DNA of 64,000 nt from Candidatus Bathyarchaeota archaeon (GTDB lineage: Archaea; Thermoproteota; Bathyarchaeia; Bathyarchaeales; Bathycorpusculaceae): positions 832,001 through 896,000 of the forward strand of contig CAWGYA010000008.1 of the NCBI GenBank assembly GCA_963826715.1. Reading direction: 5' to 3'. Position numbers and translations under genes: made by a program. Positions 60,893 to 64,000 of the stretch are shown here, piece by piece; position 1 is the stretch's first letter; each line of letters opens with the position of its first letter. The notes beneath the pieces were generated by a model. The model had not been told where the DNA came from. It worked only from the letters and a program-made list of their open reading frames with translations, and did no database searches.

Positions 60893-61972
60893 CTATTTTT
60901 TTCTCAGTGCCTCAGGGATGTAGGCGCATGCGGGGTCTGATTCTGTTATGTCGCCGGTGTAGGCGTAGGCTCGGTTTCTACATCCGCCGCAGATTTCTCG
61001 GTATTCGCAGACGCCGCATTTGCCCTTGAGCACGCTGCGGTCTTGGAATTTGTTGTAGTATTTGGATTGTTTGATTTCTTCCCATGCGGTTGTTAGGCTT
61101 TTGTTGCGTATGTTACCCAGCATCATGGGTTCTGATGGTTGTAAATCAGTGTAGAAGCATGGGATTAAGTCGCCGTTTTCGGTTACTGAAAGGTATCCTC
61201 CGAATGCAAAGTAGGTGCATTTGCCGTGGAATTCTTTTTCGTACCATTCGTTGAATTCTTTTTCGGGGATTCGCTGTTTAACGACCCTTGCGAAGTGGGG
61301 AGCGTGAACATGAATTTCGAATTTGCCCCTATACCTCTCTGTTAGGTCCCAGATGTGGTTTAGTACCCACTCGTATTGTTCGGGCGTAGGAGTTAACTCC
61401 ATGGTGGATTTGGCTCTCCCGCTTGGCACCAAATGATTGTACCAAACAAAGTTAGCGTGGTATTTGTCGGCTAATTCAGCAACGTGGTCAAGGTGTTGAT
61501 AGTTGACGGTTGTTATGGCGGCAGCTAAGCCGTTTAGGATTTTACCTGCTGAAAGTTTTTCGATTGCTGCCAGTGCTTTTTTGTAGCTGCCTTTTCCTCG
61601 GAGTTGGTCGTTGATTTCTTCTGGTCCATCGATGCTAACCGAGGACCAAACATTGTATTTGACTAAATTGTCATAGATGTCGCCGTCGACAAAGCAGCCA
61701 TTGGTTAAAAGGCATACGTTTAACCCTTTGTCTTTCGCGTATTTTACAATTTCAAAGATATCTTTACGCATTAACGGTTCGCCGCCTTTAATGCCGAACC
61801 ATCTTACGCCGAATTTTTTTACTTCATCTACTAGGTGGAAGGCTTCTTGGGTTGACATTTCGTTTGCTGCATGTGAGCCTGTTGCGTCAACGTTGCAATA
61901 TTTGCATCTTGCATTGCAAGCTCCTGTTGAGCGCCAAGAAGTCATGAGTAAGGGACCTTTATGTTCGGTCAA
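60893..61972 (-). CDS. Radical SAM/SPASM enzyme (NirJ/Ahb-like) 2
   Basis: CNARCKYC, GGEPL, VSIDG, VPSGRA, CGVCEYREICGGCR, DPAC; 4 bp from the B12 radical SAM gene. Confidence 0.9.
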   Translation of the reverse strand: MTEHKGPLLMTSWRSTGACNARCKYCNVDATGSHAANEMSTQEAFHLVDEVKKFGVRWFGIKGGEPLMRKDIFEIVKYAKDKGLNVCLLTNGCFVDGDIYDNLVKYNVWSSVSIDGPEEINDQLRGKGSYKKALAAIEKLSAGKILNGLAAAITTVNYQHLDHVAELADKYHANFVWYNHLVPSGRAKSTMELTPTPEQYEWVLNHIWDLTERYRGKFEIHVHAPHFARVVKQRIPEKEFNEWYEKEFHGKCTYFAFGGYLSVTENGDLIPCFYTDLQPSEPMMLGNIRNKSLTTAWEEIKQSKYYNKFQDRSVLKGKCGVCEYREICGGCRNRAYAYTGDITESDPACAYIPEALRKK

Positions 61973-62204
61973 GTAAAATTCTCCCTTTGATTCCCCATAA
62001 TGTTTAACTTAAGGGTTCTTTTGATCTTAAAAAAGCTTGTGCGGTATAAAGCCGTTTTAAACTTCATAAATCAGAAGCAGATTCTAAATTTTTTTCTTTT
62101 TTTTAGGCAGTTTCTGGGTTTTTCCGTAAAGTTTATAGTGAAACAAACATCCTATTCAATTAATCTCGGGGGCAAATTCAACGCAAATCAAGAAAATTCA
62201 GGTA

Positions 62205-63650
62205 TTGACCATCTTCGCGTTGCTTCTTGTCTCCTTACTTTCCTTTTCAATGGCTGCTCTGCAAACTGGGGGTTTGACAATGGCGCAGCCAACTACTTCG
62301 TCCTCATCCAAAGGGAGTTTACTGCAGTATGATTGGCCCCAATTCATGGGAGACTCTTCTTTTACAAGGTTTTCTGCGGGACCCGCCCCAGCCACCTCTG
62401 ATGTGCTCTGGAAAGCCAATGTGACGGGTGTGCAGACATATTTATCTGCATTTAACGGTATGGTTTATGTTGGCACAAACACCTCTATTGTCGCGCTTGA
62501 TAGAGACACAGGTAGCAAAATCTGGGAAACCGCCATACCCATGCCAATGACTTGGCCAATAGCTTATAAAATTGACGATTCTCACCTGGTAGTTGAGAAC
62601 AGCTGCTTAGACCCTGAAACAGGTGTTATAATCTGGACCAGCCCTGACTTTTGCGCTGACACGGGTATCTTCAGTTCTAATGTGTATAGTCCCGAAGAGA
62701 AAATGTTCTACCTCAAAGTTGATTCCTATACGCAAGCTTGGAGTTTTGTTAATCCCGATCTTCCTCCAACGTTTGTATGGTCAACCTATGTCCCAGGCGG
62801 TGGGCGAACAGGCATTGGAACAACCTACGGCGATGGCAAAGTTTTTGTGGGTTCTTTCATGAATTTGCAGATGGCGCTTGACGCCAAAACGGGTGAGCTC
62901 CTTTGGAGTACTAACACTATGGGTCCGATGATTTTTGACGGTTCCTTTATTGATGGGCGTTTCCTTCGTGGCGGAACCGACGATAATACCATGTACTGTT
63001 TTAACGCTGCGGATGGGGAGATTATGTGGACCTATACACCGTCTGAAGATTATCCCTATGAGGGGGGTTACTTTACTTCAGGCACTGCCGTAGGTTATGG
63101 CAACGTGTATGAACCCAACAAGGACGGTTACATCTACGCTATCAACATCGCCACAGGTGAATTATCGTGGCGCTACAAAGGTCCAGGCACTTTGTTGTGG
63201 CCGGGTTTTGCTACGGTTGCCGACGGCAAAATTTTTGTGACCAGCGGTGAAATTGCCCAGTATGGCGGTGGAGAAGGGCGCTCGGAGTTTGCATGCCTAA
63301 ACGCTTTCACAGGCGAACTCATTTGGAAGCTTCCTATCGAGGCTCTTGCACCCCGTGAGTCTTCTATGGTTGCCTACGGGCGGCTATATTTGATCCCTGG
63401 CACCGTAACTGATGCAGTTGATGCCATATCTGGGAGTGAATATACTACTTATAATCAGGTTTGGGCAATCGGTACCCAAAACGTGCCCGATGTGACTGTA
63501 ATGCCTTTACCCACTTCGTCAACTTCAGGGGCGCCAACTTTAAGCTTAATTACTCTTGTTCTGGTTGCCTTGGTGATTATTGTTGTGTTCGTGGTCTTTT
63601 TAGCTGTAATATTGCGGTTTGATAACCTTAAAGGGAGGAAAAACCGATAG
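62205..63650 (+). CDS. Secreted PQQ-like beta-propeller repeat protein with C-terminal anchor
   Basis: Signal-like N-terminus, DWPQF, repeated ALD..TG..IW motifs, terminal TM + basic tail. Confidence 0.88.
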   Translation: MTIFALLLVSLLSFSMAALQTGGLTMAQPTTSSSSKGSLLQYDWPQFMGDSSFTRFSAGPAPATSDVLWKANVTGVQTYLSAFNGMVYVGTNTSIVALDRDTGSKIWETAIPMPMTWPIAYKIDDSHLVVENSCLDPETGVIIWTSPDFCADTGIFSSNVYSPEEKMFYLKVDSYTQAWSFVNPDLPPTFVWSTYVPGGGRTGIGTTYGDGKVFVGSFMNLQMALDAKTGELLWSTNTMGPMIFDGSFIDGRFLRGGTDDNTMYCFNAADGEIMWTYTPSEDYPYEGGYFTSGTAVGYGNVYEPNKDGYIYAINIATGELSWRYKGPGTLLWPGFATVADGKIFVTSGEIAQYGGGEGRSEFACLNAFTGELIWKLPIEALAPRESSMVAYGRLYLIPGTVTDAVDAISGSEYTTYNQVWAIGTQNVPDVTVMPLPTSSTSGAPTLSLITLVLVALVIIVVFVVFLAVILRFDNLKGRKNR

Positions 63651-64000
63651 CCAATTTCACGTCCTCATTAACAGTGGCGTTAATCTTAATCATTACCTTT
63701 GCTATGTGTTCCACCATTGTGTTGGCAGTACCTGAATCTGCATCAGATACTTGGTACATGTGGAGAGGCAATGCAGAACATTCCTCCGCCGCAGCTTCGG
63801 GTCCTTCTAATCTCACTTTGGCATGGAACTACACTACGGACGGTTCAGTTATCTCATCGCCCAGCATAGTGGATGGCATAGTATATGTTGGCTCGCAAGA
63901 TACCCACCTCTATGCACTAGGAGCCTCTAACGGTTCATTAATTTGGAAATTCAAAACACAAGACTACATCGTATCTTCTCCAGCGGTTGCAGGTGGCAAA
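63647..64000 (+). CDS. Second PQQ-like beta-propeller protein (3' partial, absent from ORF track)
   Basis: Open frame IANFTSSLTVALILIITFAMCSTIVLA...WYMWRGN...SSPSIVDGIVYVGSQDTHLYAL.ASNGSLIW to window end. Confidence 0.85.
   Translation, partial: MANFTSSLTVALILIITFAMCSTIVLAVPESASDTWYMWRGNAEHSSAAASGPSNLTLAWNYTTDGSVISSPSIVDGIVYVGSQDTHLYALGASNGSLIWKFKTQDYIVSSPAVAGGK

Noticed and set aside
1-64000. CRISPR array, rRNA, integrase or transposase
   Set aside because: No regularly spaced repeats, rRNA-like sequence or recombinase/transposase motifs were seen

Overview
Archaeal chromosomal segment, most consistent with Bathyarchaeia (inferred from gene content, frequent TTG/GTG starts, short leaders and oligo-T terminators; not verified by search). 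Layout: 0-2.3 kb PAS histidine kinase plus receiver protein; 3.2-8.9 kb decayed defence islet (hsdM truncated at SAM-binding motif I, Gabija-like OLD nuclease + UvrD pair, degenerate vapBC, orphans, repeat-rich non-coding DNA); 8.9-12.5 kb epimerase and small regulators; 12.6-17.2 kb purM-purS-purL-purQ; a TIR-like gene and tRNA-Gly(CCC). After the tRNA is an unexplained 4.7 kb islet: two paralogous polyglycine/collagen-like proteins facing a class II terpene-cyclase-like gene coupled to a nucleotidyltransferase-like gene. 24.6-33.6 kb holds GT2, nitroreductase, ClC and two large GT-C-like membrane proteins. 33.7-62 kb is rich in cobamide/SAM genes: cap-less corrinoid protein + MtrH-like methyltransferase, three B12-binding radical SAM enzymes, two SPASM radical SAM enzymes, a HemN-like enzyme, CbiZ, ferredoxin, two paralogous Cys-rich barrel proteins of unknown function, a nitrilase facing a glutaminase-less asparagine-synthase domain, bacterial-type MetK and an isolated divergent rnfD-rnfC pair. 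The window ends in PQQ-like beta-propeller genes. Single-base frameshifts cluster in 4.7-17.7 kb, including purM, so many are probably sequencing errors. All product calls come from motif recognition by eye.
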